Source: a virus (taxonomy: Duplodnaviria > Caudoviricetes). Taken from it: 64,000 bases of DNA. Positions 44,073-54,527 of the stretch are shown here, piece after piece. The notes under the pieces were generated by a model. That model was not told the origin of the DNA. It saw nothing but the letters and a program-made list of their open reading frames with translations, and did not search any database. A program made the translations under genes and the position numbers. The stretch is from IMG/VR virus record IMGVR_UViG_3300046463_000715, positions 1,868-65,867 of that record; one strand, given 5' to 3'. Numbering within the stretch: position 1 is the stretch's first letter; each line of letters opens with the position of its first letter.

Positions 44073-45460
44073 TGGACCTGACCGGGACATTGCCCTGGCA
44101 ACCTCCACACATTGCAGCGCTCCTCGCAGCGTTGCAAAAGTATGGGAGTGTGCTCGATGCCTCAGACACGGGGACAGGCAAGACCTTCTGCATTCTCATC
44201 ATCTGCAGAATCCTCGGCATCACCCCGCTCGTGGTTGGCCCGAAGGCTGCGCGAGCGGGCTGGGAAGACGCTGGGAAAATCCTCGGGGTCGAATTCGAGT
44301 ATATCAACTACGAGAAGTGCCGCCCCCGGCTCGTCAAGCAGACCGAGGAAGAATTCACCGCGAACGGTTTCAACGAAAAGCGCGAGAGCGAATACACCAT
44401 CGAAGTCCCGTGGGGCAAGGGCTCTTTCGTGAAGTGGCGCAACAGCTACGAAATGGTTATCTTCGATGAGGCCCACCGTCTCGGCGGCACGACCTCTCTC
44501 AATTCGAAGCTCGGCATCGCTGCGAAGCGTCAGGCGAAGTATGTCGTCGCGCTCTCCGCCACTGCCGCTGACGACCCGAGGCAGATGAAGGCCCTCGGCT
44601 ACATTCTTGGAATTCACGGCTTGAACACAATCAAGTGCGAGACCAAGCTGAACTGGATGAACTGGCTGCTGCGCCACGGTGTGAAGCCCGGGCACTTCGG
44701 CGGCTGGGACTTCACGAGCGACGAAGACAAGCAGAAAAAATCCTTCACGAAAATCCACGGCGAAATTTTTCCCCGGCACGGCTCGCGGATGCGCAAGTCC
44801 GAAATCCCTGGTTTCCCTCTGACCGAGGTCCTGGTGAAGATGCTCGACGACGAGACCGGCAAGGCTAAAAAAATTACCGAGGAGCTCCACGAGTTGAACG
44901 AGGAGGGCGGCAACCAGCTCGCGGCGACTGTCGAGTGTCGGCAGAAGCTGGAGAAGCTGATGATTCCCCACTTCGCGGGCTTCGCAGAGGATTCTGTCGC
45001 GCAGGGCTCGAAGGTCGTTTTCTTTCTCAACTTCACAGACCCACTTTTTGAACTTTATGAAAAACTCCAAAAGCAGTTTGGTAACGGTCGAGTTGGCTAC
45101 ATTTCTGGACGGCAGACGGGTCCTAACGGGGAGAGCGAGCGAAGAGCTTTCGTGTCCAACTTCCAGCGTAACCGGCTCGATGCTCTGTGCGTTAACATCT
45201 TCGCTGGGGGAGAGTCTGTTAATCTGCACGATGAAATCGACCAAGTCACCAGGGACACATTCTCCTCGCCGTGCGAGAGCGGTCGCCAATACAAACAGCA
45301 ACTCGGGCGCGTCAATCGAGCGAAGGGCGGCTTCTCGAACCAGTATCTCTGTTTCTTTGCGGGCACGCGACAGGAAGTGGTTGCAGACCGTATGAGACAC
45401 AAGGGATTGTGCATTGACCTTTTTAACGATGCCAGCTGGGACCGCAACTTGGTGGTCTAG
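44072..45460 (+). CDS. superfamily 2 helicase
   Basis: DTGTGKT, DEAH, SAT, QQLGRVNR. Confidence 0.88.
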   Translation: MDLTGTLPWQPPHIAALLAALQKYGSVLDASDTGTGKTFCILIICRILGITPLVVGPKAARAGWEDAGKILGVEFEYINYEKCRPRLVKQTEEEFTANGFNEKRESEYTIEVPWGKGSFVKWRNSYEMVIFDEAHRLGGTTSLNSKLGIAAKRQAKYVVALSATAADDPRQMKALGYILGIHGLNTIKCETKLNWMNWLLRHGVKPGHFGGWDFTSDEDKQKKSFTKIHGEIFPRHGSRMRKSEIPGFPLTEVLVKMLDDETGKAKKITEELHELNEEGGNQLAATVECRQKLEKLMIPHFAGFAEDSVAQGSKVVFFLNFTDPLFELYEKLQKQFGNGRVGYISGRQTGPNGESERRAFVSNFQRNRLDALCVNIFAGGESVNLHDEIDQVTRDTFSSPCESGRQYKQQLGRVNRAKGGFSNQYLCFFAGTRQEVVADRMRHKGLCIDLFNDASWDRNLVV

Positions 45461-45489
45461 TTGACAGAAAAAACTTATCCGCGTATCTT
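45461..45489 (+). promoter_or_regulatory. sigma70-type promoter
   Basis: TTGACA-N17-TATCTT. Confidence 0.65.
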
Positions 45490-45500
45490 TAACTGTTAGC

Positions 45501-46781
45501 ATGAGTGAATTAAAAACATTAAACACAGCAGTCGACGTCACGAAGCCCGCGAAGCTCCACCATAAGTTCGGACCCTCCCGCCTCAACTATCTCGACGAGT
45601 GCGCTGCCTTTACCTCGAAGCCCGGAACTACCGAAGCCGCTGAAGAGGGAACCTTCATGCACGACCTGATGGAGAAATTCGTCAAGCTCGTCGTCGCGAA
45701 GAAATACAAAACCACTCTCGAACAGGTTGCCCTCGCTGCGAAAGAACACGAGCTCGATGACCTCCAGGTCTCGCTGTTGCGCTTCGCCTGCAAACGTGTC
45801 GACGTCTACCTCGCGAAAAATCCCGAGAGCATCTACGTCGAATTGAACGTCCGGGTCCGCAACTACGACGGCTCGGAATTCAATCACGGCACACTCGACC
45901 TTCTGCTCATCTTCAAGGGCGGCATCGGTGTCCTCATCGACTACAAATTCGGTGGACAGCCGGTTCGTTTCGCTGTCGACAACCTCCAGGGTTTCAACTA
46001 CGTCGTCGGCGCGTTTCAGAACATCGAGAAGCTGACGAAAATCTGCTGCGAGTTCATCCAGCCGAAGCTCAACGTCATTACCAATTTCATTTTCACGAGG
46101 GACAAAGTTACCGCGCTCTTCGACCGCATCGCTGCAGTCGTCCAGCAGTCAATCTTTGTCCAGTCCCACCAGGAGGAAGCGCAGAAGTTCACGAAGGTCG
46201 GAACCTACTGCAAATACTGCGAGCTGGCGGGCGAGTGCTCGGCACTGAACAACTCCCGAGCACTTGCCGTCAGCAAGCACGAGGGCCTGCCGTTGCCGAA
46301 ACATTTTTCTGGACTGAAGCTCAAGTCCCCCGAAGACTTTGCCCTGGCGCGCTACTACGTCGACATCATCGAACAGGGCTTCGAGAGCCTGAAGCAGCGC
46401 GCCTACGAGGTCGCTGACGAGAACGGCGGAGAAATTCGCTGCACTCTCCCGAACGGCAAAGAGGTGCTCTACGAAGTCGCCGAGCGCTCAGCTGACCGTG
46501 TCCTGGGAGAGGCCGCGCTAGTCGCTGACGCCCTCAAGGAAGTCTTGACCGAGGCCGAGGTGCTCGGAGCTGCGAAGCTCAACATCGGAGCTCTTGAGAC
46601 CGTCTCAAAGAACGCGATGGTCGAGAACGCGAAACTGCGCGGCGAGAAAATTACGAAGAAAGCCGCCTGGGAGTCGATTACCTCGATTCTCGAAGCCAAT
46701 GGACTTTTGAGCAGGCCGGACACTAAAGTCCGCTACCTGCGACTCAAAAAACAACAAGAACAACTGGAAGACAAAAAGTAA
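45501..46781 (+). CDS. Cas4-like PD-(D/E)xK exonuclease (DUF2800-type)
   Basis: GPS..C, AEEGT..H, GTLD, IDYKFG, Q...Y, C..C...C. Confidence 0.8.
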   Translation: MSELKTLNTAVDVTKPAKLHHKFGPSRLNYLDECAAFTSKPGTTEAAEEGTFMHDLMEKFVKLVVAKKYKTTLEQVALAAKEHELDDLQVSLLRFACKRVDVYLAKNPESIYVELNVRVRNYDGSEFNHGTLDLLLIFKGGIGVLIDYKFGGQPVRFAVDNLQGFNYVVGAFQNIEKLTKICCEFIQPKLNVITNFIFTRDKVTALFDRIAAVVQQSIFVQSHQEEAQKFTKVGTYCKYCELAGECSALNNSRALAVSKHEGLPLPKHFSGLKLKSPEDFALARYYVDIIEQGFESLKQRAYEVADENGGEIRCTLPNGKEVLYEVAERSADRVLGEAALVADALKEVLTEAEVLGAAKLNIGALETVSKNAMVENAKLRGEKITKKAAWESITSILEANGLLSRPDTKVRYLRLKKQQEQLEDKK

Positions 46782-46782
46782 T

Positions 46783-47814
46783 ATGGTTAAAGCATCACTC
46801 CGAAACGCCAACGCTGGCAGCGCGACTAAATCGCCAGCAACGAATAAACCCGTGGTCGACGTAACTGCTACGGTCACCACCAGCGCTCCCGCGACCAGTC
46901 ACACGGTCGAGGAAGCCAATGTCGACAACGTCCTGGCTGACATCGCGGAAGCCGCGCAGCTGAACGCTGCCGAAGAGGTTCCCGAAACCGCTCCCGCGAC
47001 TACCGCTGTGGCGACTCGGCCCACCAACACCGCTGTCGGTCGCCCCGTGCAGCACGAGGAAGGCTTCGAAGGCGACTGGGGCAAGGAAGACCTCAAGTTC
47101 CCGCAGCTGAAGCTCGTCCAGGGCTCTGGCCCGCTCTCGCAGCGGTTCAACAACGGGACCATCATCTTTGACGACGAAAAGCTGTTGCCAGCTCCGAACG
47201 TCGAAGAGGGCGCGGACAATCCGCTTATCACCTTCGTGCCTCTCATCATCACGAAGCAATACCGCGAGAAGCTCTCGCAGGAAGACATCGACGACGGAGC
47301 CCTGCCCCGCATTGCGAGCGGCATCGCTGAAGTCGAGGAGCTCGGCGGCACGACCCGCTACGTCAACAACGAACGACCGGACAATTACTGGGAGCCCAGC
47401 TCTCGGTGTATTTTCCTCATCGAGCGTCCGAACCACGACGCAGCTGCGGAACACCCGGGCTTCAACGAAGTCTTCGACGGCAAGGAATTTGCCGTGGCAG
47501 TCTACTACGCCGCTGGCGCAGCCTTCACGGCTTGCCCGAAGGTGATTTACAACACCTATCGGAAATCTCTGTTCATGCCGATTCTCGGCGCGGACAAGAC
47601 CCCGCTCGTGGTCGACGGTCGCATCCAGAAGCGTCCGTGCATCTACAAAAACTACTGGAGCCTGGGCTTCGCAAAGGTCAAGGCCGGTAAGTTCAACCCC
47701 TGGCGTCCGTATGTCCGGCTGCAAAAAGTCGAGACCGGCCCCGAGGTTCGCGAGTATTGTGCAAACCTGCTCCAAGTGGCTCCGCAGGCTCCGCACGATG
47801 ACGACGCAGTATAG
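46783..47814 (+). CDS. putative ssDNA-binding / recombination protein
   Basis: DLKFPQLKLVQ motif, acidic C-terminus; sits between nuclease and primase. Confidence 0.55.
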   Translation: MVKASLRNANAGSATKSPATNKPVVDVTATVTTSAPATSHTVEEANVDNVLADIAEAAQLNAAEEVPETAPATTAVATRPTNTAVGRPVQHEEGFEGDWGKEDLKFPQLKLVQGSGPLSQRFNNGTIIFDDEKLLPAPNVEEGADNPLITFVPLIITKQYREKLSQEDIDDGALPRIASGIAEVEELGGTTRYVNNERPDNYWEPSSRCIFLIERPNHDAAAEHPGFNEVFDGKEFAVAVYYAAGAAFTACPKVIYNTYRKSLFMPILGADKTPLVVDGRIQKRPCIYKNYWSLGFAKVKAGKFNPWRPYVRLQKVETGPEVREYCANLLQVAPQAPHDDDAV

Positions 47815-47909
47815 TTTCCCATAAGGCAACCAGAACGTCCTGGCTGTAGACGTGACTTCGGTCGTTCAGAGTAACGACCCTCGTTTTAATTTTTTTTCAT
47901 GAAAGCCTT

Positions 47910-50072
47910 ATGGAATTCCGAGAAGACTCAGACAAATTTCTGCCGCTCTATGTCGCCAAGAACTTGGTCGACCCAGAGCTGACCGTAGCGAAGCCCTGGA
48001 ACTGGATTGTCAATAACACCTTTGACGGTGTGGACAAAAAGCTTCGCCGCAAAATCATGCTCGACCCCGAGTGTGACTGGTTAGCGTATAGTGGCTTCCG
48101 CGCACAAGTCCCCACTGCCCGTATCTCGAAAGAGAACCCCGGCATTGCGATGCGCGCAATCGTCATTGACTACGACTCACGCACCAGCCCCGAGGATGCG
48201 GAGCGCCTCATTAACGAAAATCTGCCGCCCGAGCTCCGCCCGAACCTCATGGAAATTTCCTTGAGCGACAAGCTGCGGCTGGTCTGGTGTCTGCAGCGCG
48301 AGGTGCTGTTCATGTCTCCCGCTCACCAGCAAGAAATCATCGCTACCTTCAAGAGGAAGCTGAAGCTCGACACACTCCTGGCCGGTTACGACGAGAACAG
48401 CGAGAAGCCGTCCGAAATGTGGACCGCTGGCAAAGAATGGTTTTACCTCGACAAGCAGGAGCCCCTGGCGGAGTCAATCATCGCCGGAATTCAGATGCAG
48501 GCCGGTAAGAAGACCTCGCTCTACAATCACGCGGACGTGCCCCTGGCCGACATCGCAAAAGAGCTCGAAGCACGCTTCCCCGGTCGCTGGGCAGGCGACT
48601 TCAAACTCGACGCTGTCGGTGTGCGCTTCTGGGACTCGGATGCCGACAACACCTCTGGCTGTCAGGTTAAGCCGGATGGTATGCTCTGCTTCACCGGCAC
48701 CGTGCCCTTCATGAAGTGGGACCAAATTTTCGGCAAGGTCTGGTGCGACGAAAAGCGAATTCTTAAACTCGGCAACGGTGCGAAGGGCATGTATACCGAT
48801 GGCAAAACTTATTTCGAAGTCGTCAACGGTATGCAGGTCGATTCGAACAAGGACGCAATCATCACCCGATTGAAGTCTGCCGGTCTCTCGGACAAAGTCG
48901 AGAAGGGCCAGACGCAGAGCGAAATCGGCGAGCTCTTGAACTACATTCAGACTGTCAACCGTGTCCTGGGCGCGGCCCCGATGATTAACTATCCCCCGGG
49001 CATCGTAGAAATCGAGAACGAGCGCATTCTGAACCTGTCGGCGCTCAAGCCGGTCCAGCCGGTCAAGCCCCCTCGCTCTTTCAAGGAAGACGCACCGTTC
49101 CTGCACTGGTTTTTCGTCGAGCACAAGTGTGTCGGAGAGGGCACGGACCACTTGCTCTTTTGGACTCTGCGCAGTTCGCAAAATTACCGCTACTACCGGC
49201 GAGAGCTCGGCCAAGCAATCTTCATCTGCGGTCCGGTCAATTCCGGCAAGACACTTCTGAACATGCGAATCCTGGCTCCGCTCCTGGGCGGGAAGACATC
49301 GGACCCGATGAAATATCTCATGGGAGAAACGGGTTTCACCGATGATTTATTCTCTGCTGGACTCCTGGCAGTGAACGACAGCGACTATCCGAAAAACGAA
49401 GCCCTCCGCCTCAAGGTTCTCCAGGGCTATAAGGACTGGGTCGTAAATCCGAAGCACGTCTACCATCCCAAGTTCCAGAAAAAGCTCTCCATCGAAAGCG
49501 TAAGCCGTATCTGCGCTACTCTGAACGACAGCGCCGACGCTGCCGGTGCTCTGCCCGAGGTGAATATCTCGACGCAGGACAAGTTCATGTTCTTCCGAAT
49601 GAAGGCAGTCCCGGCTGGGACCTTTCCTTCGAAGACCGAGCTCGAAGCGACAATCGCCCGCGAGCTGCCCTACTTCATCTGGTGGTTAGAGAATGAGTGG
49701 CAGTGCCCACCAGAAATTCTTCTGCCGGACGGAGAACGCACCGGCTGCACGAGCTACTACGACCCGTTCATTTTGAAGATGTCGCAGACTCAGACCTACA
49801 GCTCGAACCTCCTCGAAATTCTGAACCTGTTTATTTCGGTCCACGAAGACTTCCAGGACGGTGCCTGTGGTTTCTTCGAGGGCTCGCCTACCGACATCTT
49901 GTCCGCTCTCCAGCGGTGCAACGAGACCGCGACAATATCAAAAGAGTGGAAGCAGCAAATGATGGCTCGTAACTTACTCGGGCTCTCTAAAATCAAAGGC
50001 TCCGGGGTTTCCCTGGCGCGAGACGAGAGCGGTCGGTATTTCAGAATCGTTCCAGCAACAAATGAGAGTTAA
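47910..50072 (+). CDS. primase-helicase (AEP-like N-terminus + SF3-like ATPase)
   Basis: IDYD; Walker A GPVNSGKT. Confidence 0.75.
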   Translation: MEFREDSDKFLPLYVAKNLVDPELTVAKPWNWIVNNTFDGVDKKLRRKIMLDPECDWLAYSGFRAQVPTARISKENPGIAMRAIVIDYDSRTSPEDAERLINENLPPELRPNLMEISLSDKLRLVWCLQREVLFMSPAHQQEIIATFKRKLKLDTLLAGYDENSEKPSEMWTAGKEWFYLDKQEPLAESIIAGIQMQAGKKTSLYNHADVPLADIAKELEARFPGRWAGDFKLDAVGVRFWDSDADNTSGCQVKPDGMLCFTGTVPFMKWDQIFGKVWCDEKRILKLGNGAKGMYTDGKTYFEVVNGMQVDSNKDAIITRLKSAGLSDKVEKGQTQSEIGELLNYIQTVNRVLGAAPMINYPPGIVEIENERILNLSALKPVQPVKPPRSFKEDAPFLHWFFVEHKCVGEGTDHLLFWTLRSSQNYRYYRRELGQAIFICGPVNSGKTLLNMRILAPLLGGKTSDPMKYLMGETGFTDDLFSAGLLAVNDSDYPKNEALRLKVLQGYKDWVVNPKHVYHPKFQKKLSIESVSRICATLNDSADAAGALPEVNISTQDKFMFFRMKAVPAGTFPSKTELEATIARELPYFIWWLENEWQCPPEILLPDGERTGCTSYYDPFILKMSQTQTYSSNLLEILNLFISVHEDFQDGACGFFEGSPTDILSALQRCNETATISKEWKQQMMARNLLGLSKIKGSGVSLARDESGRYFRIVPATNES

Positions 50073-50856
50073 AATCCTCCTCGCAGTCCCGGACGAAAAA
50101 TCTTACGGTCCTTGCACACTGGTGCTGGACACAATCCGGACAGGCTACCCGAACGCCTTCGTTACCGTCTACATTAACCCCATCGGGGACGTCCACGAAG
50201 ACCTCCGCGACGACCTCGTGCATCGGGCCACTTTGAAGGAGTGCCGAGTCGTGCAGCTGTTCGGCGACAACAGCCACGCCCGCTGGATTTTCAACCAAGT
50301 CATAGCGCACTCCGAAGACCTGGGGGACCAGGAGCCGCTTATCATTCTCGACGGCGACATCCTGTTCCATTCCTCGTGCGAGGGCTGGCAATTTGACAAC
50401 TCATTTCTTGCGGGGTATTATACCCCGACGATGTTCAGCGACTTTACCCAATGCCCCGCACTTGCGCGCCTGCACACGTCTCATCTTTGGTTCACTCAGC
50501 CTCGCACGATGGTCCGAGGCATCCCTAAAGTCTTCCCCGCAGCGGCTGCGGCACGGTCAGACCTGTGCCCGCTCGACCTCTTCAGTCCGAGCGTTAACTT
50601 CGTCAATGGTGTCCCCTACTTCTGGGACAGCTGCTGCGGCCTCTATCAAATGTTCGGCGGCAAAGAATTCGGCCCCGAGCACCTAGCCTGCTACGAGCAC
50701 CTGACGAGCTCCTCAGCCTACGAGCTGAAGAAACACTTCGCGCCAAACCCGGACGCGACCGAGTGGCTGCACACCGAGGGTTACAAACACCCCGAGCTCC
50801 TGAAGGGCAAGCTCTGGGAAGCAATCAATCAATACTACAAAGAAAGAGCACTGTGA
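50062..50856 (+). CDS. GT-A glycosyltransferase-like protein
   Basis: IILDGDILF (DxD); N-terminal Rossmann-like strand. Confidence 0.5.
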   Translation: MRVKILLAVPDEKSYGPCTLVLDTIRTGYPNAFVTVYINPIGDVHEDLRDDLVHRATLKECRVVQLFGDNSHARWIFNQVIAHSEDLGDQEPLIILDGDILFHSSCEGWQFDNSFLAGYYTPTMFSDFTQCPALARLHTSHLWFTQPRTMVRGIPKVFPAAAAARSDLCPLDLFSPSVNFVNGVPYFWDSCCGLYQMFGGKEFGPEHLACYEHLTSSSAYELKKHFAPNPDATEWLHTEGYKHPELLKGKLWEAINQYYKERAL

Positions 50857-52643
50857 AAGACGTTATTATCGACTTCGAAACCTACTACGACGGGGAGACC
50901 TCCGTCACGGCGCAGGGCAACCGAAATTATACTCGCGATGCTGACGCCTACATTGTCGCGGCCACGATTGACGACGATGTCCACTGCGGGACCATTCCCG
51001 AAATGGGTCCTGCCCTGGAACAGATGGCAGACGACCCGCAGCTGCAGCTCTGGGCAGCGAATTCGAACTTCGACCAGGGCTTCTTTGAGAAGCACACCGG
51101 TAAGAAAGCGCGCAACCCCTGGCAGTGCATTCTCGACCTCGGCTCGTTCAATCAGTGCCCTCGGGACTTGGCCGGATTGGCGAAGACCGTTCTGAGGGTC
51201 GAAATGGACAAGAGCACACGCGACCAGATGAAGGGCGTTCACTACGAGGAGCTCAACGAGGCCGCGAAGGAGAAGGTCCAGCAATACTGCCTGGACGACG
51301 TTATTCACGCCCGGGACATTCTCGCGCAGCTCCCGCGCATGACTCCCGGCGAGCAGGCAATTTCTGAATACACCAGGATGACGAACCGGCGCGGCATCTG
51401 TGTCAACGTCGACCTCGTCGAGGAAGACAAGACCCGCCTTGCAGAAATGAACTTCTGCGCGCTGAAGGCAATCCCCTGGCACAACGATGCAGCTCCGCTC
51501 AGCTACCGGCAGCTGCAGCAGTGGTGCGCTACGCAAGGTCTCCCGTGTCCGAAGAGCACCTCGAAGAAAGACGAAGAGTGCCAGGAGCTCATGAGCGAAA
51601 ATCCGAAGCTCAACGAAATGCTCGGCACAATGCGCAGGCTCCGCCAATCGAACATGATGCTGAAAAAGCTGGAGTCGATGATGCTGCGAATCGGTGACGA
51701 CAACGTCATGCCTCTCGACCTGATTTATTGCGGAGCCCCGCACACTCGCCGCTGGAGCTCGCAAGGCTTCAACATTCAGAACCTCGACAAAGAGCCGGTG
51801 AAGGTCCACAACGCTGCGAACGAGACCGTGTGGACACGCAACTGGCTCGTGCCCCGCCCTGGTAAAAAGTTTCTCATCCTGGACTTCGCGCAAATCGAGC
51901 CACGCTGTTTGAACTGGCTCGCGGGCAATGCTCCGCTCCTCGAAGCGATGCACGCTGGCTTCAGCTACTACGAAGCGTATGCCTCGGCAGCGCGCAACTG
52001 GAAAGGCGCAGCCGGTTCCCTCAAGGCCGAATACGGCAAGCAGAAATACACTCTTCTGAAGAACGAGTGCCTGGGCCTGGGTTACGGCATGGGCTGGGAA
52101 AAATTCATCGGCTACAATGCGCAGTCCGGCTCAATCGTGACTCCCGAAGACGCGAAGAAAACCGTTGCGATGTTCCGGACCAACAACAAATGCGTCACTG
52201 ACTTCTGGGCCTTCCTGGACGAGCAGCTGACTCGCGGAATTCGCGACAAAGAAAAGCACCTCGCGATTGACTTGCCGAACGGCGAGCCGATTCACTACTT
52301 CAACATGGCCCGCACCGCGAAGGGCGCAATCGGCTTCGTCATCAAAGGTGACCGCTCGCACCTGAGCAAGTCTTACCTGTGGGGCGGGGTCGTGACAGAA
52401 AATCTTTGCCAGCGCATGAGCCGGGACCTCCTGGCGACTGCAATACCCAAGCTGGAGAGCGCCGGTCTGCCGGTTATCTTCTCCTCGCACGACGAAGTCA
52501 TCATCGAAGTCGAGGCCGACACCGACAGCCAGAAACTCGAAGCGAAGACTAACGCGCACAGAATTCTCTGCACCCCGCCGGACTGGGCCGAGGGCTTGCC
52601 TCTCCAGGTCGAGGGCGACTTCGCTGACTCCTACTGCAAATGA
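50853..52643 (+). CDS. polA: DNA polymerase family A with 3'-5' exonuclease
   Basis: ExoI DFETY, ExoIII YCLDD, motif A DFAQIEPR, motif B K...LGLGYG, motif C HDE. Confidence 0.92.
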   Translation: MKDVIIDFETYYDGETSVTAQGNRNYTRDADAYIVAATIDDDVHCGTIPEMGPALEQMADDPQLQLWAANSNFDQGFFEKHTGKKARNPWQCILDLGSFNQCPRDLAGLAKTVLRVEMDKSTRDQMKGVHYEELNEAAKEKVQQYCLDDVIHARDILAQLPRMTPGEQAISEYTRMTNRRGICVNVDLVEEDKTRLAEMNFCALKAIPWHNDAAPLSYRQLQQWCATQGLPCPKSTSKKDEECQELMSENPKLNEMLGTMRRLRQSNMMLKKLESMMLRIGDDNVMPLDLIYCGAPHTRRWSSQGFNIQNLDKEPVKVHNAANETVWTRNWLVPRPGKKFLILDFAQIEPRCLNWLAGNAPLLEAMHAGFSYYEAYASAARNWKGAAGSLKAEYGKQKYTLLKNECLGLGYGMGWEKFIGYNAQSGSIVTPEDAKKTVAMFRTNNKCVTDFWAFLDEQLTRGIRDKEKHLAIDLPNGEPIHYFNMARTAKGAIGFVIKGDRSHLSKSYLWGGVVTENLCQRMSRDLLATAIPKLESAGLPVIFSSHDEVIIEVEADTDSQKLEAKTNAHRILCTPPDWAEGLPLQVEGDFADSYCK

Positions 52644-52782
52644 AGACCAAAATTGCCATAGTCAGATGCCCGGACGGCACTGCCTATGTCTGCAGTCCAA
52701 CCAAGCAGCAGCTCGAAAGAGCTAGACGAGCGTTTCAAAAACTTGCACACTTAAACAAATCGAGTTAAATTAGAATTACCTT

Positions 52783-54036
52783 ATGGCATCACACTGGACA
52801 GACTCTGAAATCAAACTCCTCGGCACAAAACCTGACAACGCACTAGCAGCCCAACTCGGGCGGAGCTATACCAGCGTCAGAGTGGCGAGAATGCGTCGGG
52901 CAATCCCGGCTTTTAACTCCCAAGACTCTTCGAAGGAAACAACCTTCGAGCAGGACCGAAACGCTGTCGACACTCAGGTGTGGCGTTCGCGCTACGCTCA
53001 GCTCGAACGGAAATACACGAAGGCCCTGCAGGAAAATTCTGTTGTGGCTCAGCTCGTCGCTGAAATCAAGGACTGCGCTCCGCAAAGTTACAGCCCGCTC
53101 CCGCCGGTCAAGTTCGAAAAGCGCAGCTCAAGCTCGGGCCAGAGCGCCGTGCTTCAGTTCTCCGACACTCACGCTGGCAAGGTCGTCTCTCCGGAGCAGA
53201 CACTCGGCTTCGGCGGCTACAACTTTCCCACCTTCCTGGCGCGCCTCAAATACCTGGAGAATTCCATGCTCTCCATCTGCACGAATCACTCGACGGTGCC
53301 GATTGACGAGCTCGTAATTGCGATGCTGGGCGACATGCTCGACGGCAATTTGCAACACGCAGTCGAGGCCGGTCAGCGGAACACACTCTTCTCCCAATAC
53401 TTCAACGCCGGTCACGCAATCGCGCAGATGTTCCGGAACGTCGCCGCGCACTTTCCGAAGGTTCGGGTGAAGACCTGCGTCGGCAATCACACACGCTGGG
53501 CTAATCAGAGAAAGATGCCCACCGAGAACCGGTTCTCGAACCTCGACCAATTTCTGTATGCCCTGGTGCAGGCCCTCGTCAAGGACATCCCGAACATCGA
53601 GTTTGACCTGGATGCGCAACCCTTCGCCCTCTTCGACGTCAAGGGATTCGTCTTCCACGCTGCGCACGGTGACCACTGGCGCGGAGGAGACAAGAACCTC
53701 GGCATTCCGAACCACGCAATCGGGCGTGAGATTTCCACGAAGGTCCAGCTCTTCGCCAAGAACGGCAGGAAGGCCCCGGACTTTTATTTGGTCGGGCATC
53801 TGCACCGCGAAATCACCATCCCGCACGCGACCGGCTCGGTTCTCATTAACGGCGGCTTCCCCGGGCTCGACAATTACGCCCTGGCGGAGAACTTCAATCC
53901 GGTTGACCCCACTCAGAAGCTTTTCTTCGTCCACCACAAATACGGGAAGACAGCGGAGTATTCTCTGTCGCTCAAGTTCGCCAAGGTCACGAGCGAAGCG
54001 CCCTACACCCTGCCCCCTAACTTCACAGTCGAATAA
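52783..54036 (+). CDS. calcineurin-like metallophosphoesterase with N-terminal HTH
   Basis: SDTH, GD, GNH, HG, GHLH motifs. Confidence 0.85.
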   Translation: MASHWTDSEIKLLGTKPDNALAAQLGRSYTSVRVARMRRAIPAFNSQDSSKETTFEQDRNAVDTQVWRSRYAQLERKYTKALQENSVVAQLVAEIKDCAPQSYSPLPPVKFEKRSSSSGQSAVLQFSDTHAGKVVSPEQTLGFGGYNFPTFLARLKYLENSMLSICTNHSTVPIDELVIAMLGDMLDGNLQHAVEAGQRNTLFSQYFNAGHAIAQMFRNVAAHFPKVRVKTCVGNHTRWANQRKMPTENRFSNLDQFLYALVQALVKDIPNIEFDLDAQPFALFDVKGFVFHAAHGDHWRGGDKNLGIPNHAIGREISTKVQLFAKNGRKAPDFYLVGHLHREITIPHATGSVLINGGFPGLDNYALAENFNPVDPTQKLFFVHHKYGKTAEYSLSLKFAKVTSEAPYTLPPNFTVE

Positions 54037-54042
54037 TCCAAA

Positions 54043-54231
54043 ATGAACATCTTCGACAAAATTTTCGGGGTAATGTGCATGCTAGCGGGAGCCGGAATAC
54101 TAATCCTTGGACTAGCCGCTGTTTGGGCTATACGGCACACCAATCCGCTGGCTCCGCTGCTTGGTATAGTCATTTGCGGAGCAGGATTCTTACTTTTTTC
54201 TGCAGGCCACGTTAGCTTCACAAACGAATGA
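54043..54231 (+). CDS. small 2-TM membrane protein
   Basis: two hydrophobic helices. Confidence 0.5.
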   Translation: MNIFDKIFGVMCMLAGAGILILGLAAVWAIRHTNPLAPLLGIVICGAGFLLFSAGHVSFTNE

Positions 54232-54527
54232 AAGCATCTGACGAAACACGCTCAAAAATCACCGCACTGTTTGAACAGTTCAAACCAGCACTCGATGGCT
54301 ACCACGACTACGCGCAGCGGGTCACCGCACTCTCAGAAGAATACCATAAGGCACGCTTTGCTGAGAGCTTTTCTACTCCCGTCGAGGAGCTCACCCTTTT
54401 GGCGCAACTCCACGCCCATCAAACACCGAAGACGCTGGACGAATTTCTGGCGAAGCTTCCGGCAGGTGTGGCAGTCAAACGCATTATCCACGACCGCAAA
54501 AATTACACTTACTATATCTATGTCTGA
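54228..54527 (+). CDS. hypothetical protein
   Basis: ATGA overlap. Confidence 0.5.
   Translation: MKASDETRSKITALFEQFKPALDGYHDYAQRVTALSEEYHKARFAESFSTPVEELTLLAQLHAHQTPKTLDEFLAKLPAGVAVKRIIHDRKNYTYYIYV

Noticed and set aside
45501-46781. Cas4-like gene as evidence of CRISPR-Cas
   Set aside because: Solo replication-module nuclease; no array or other cas genes
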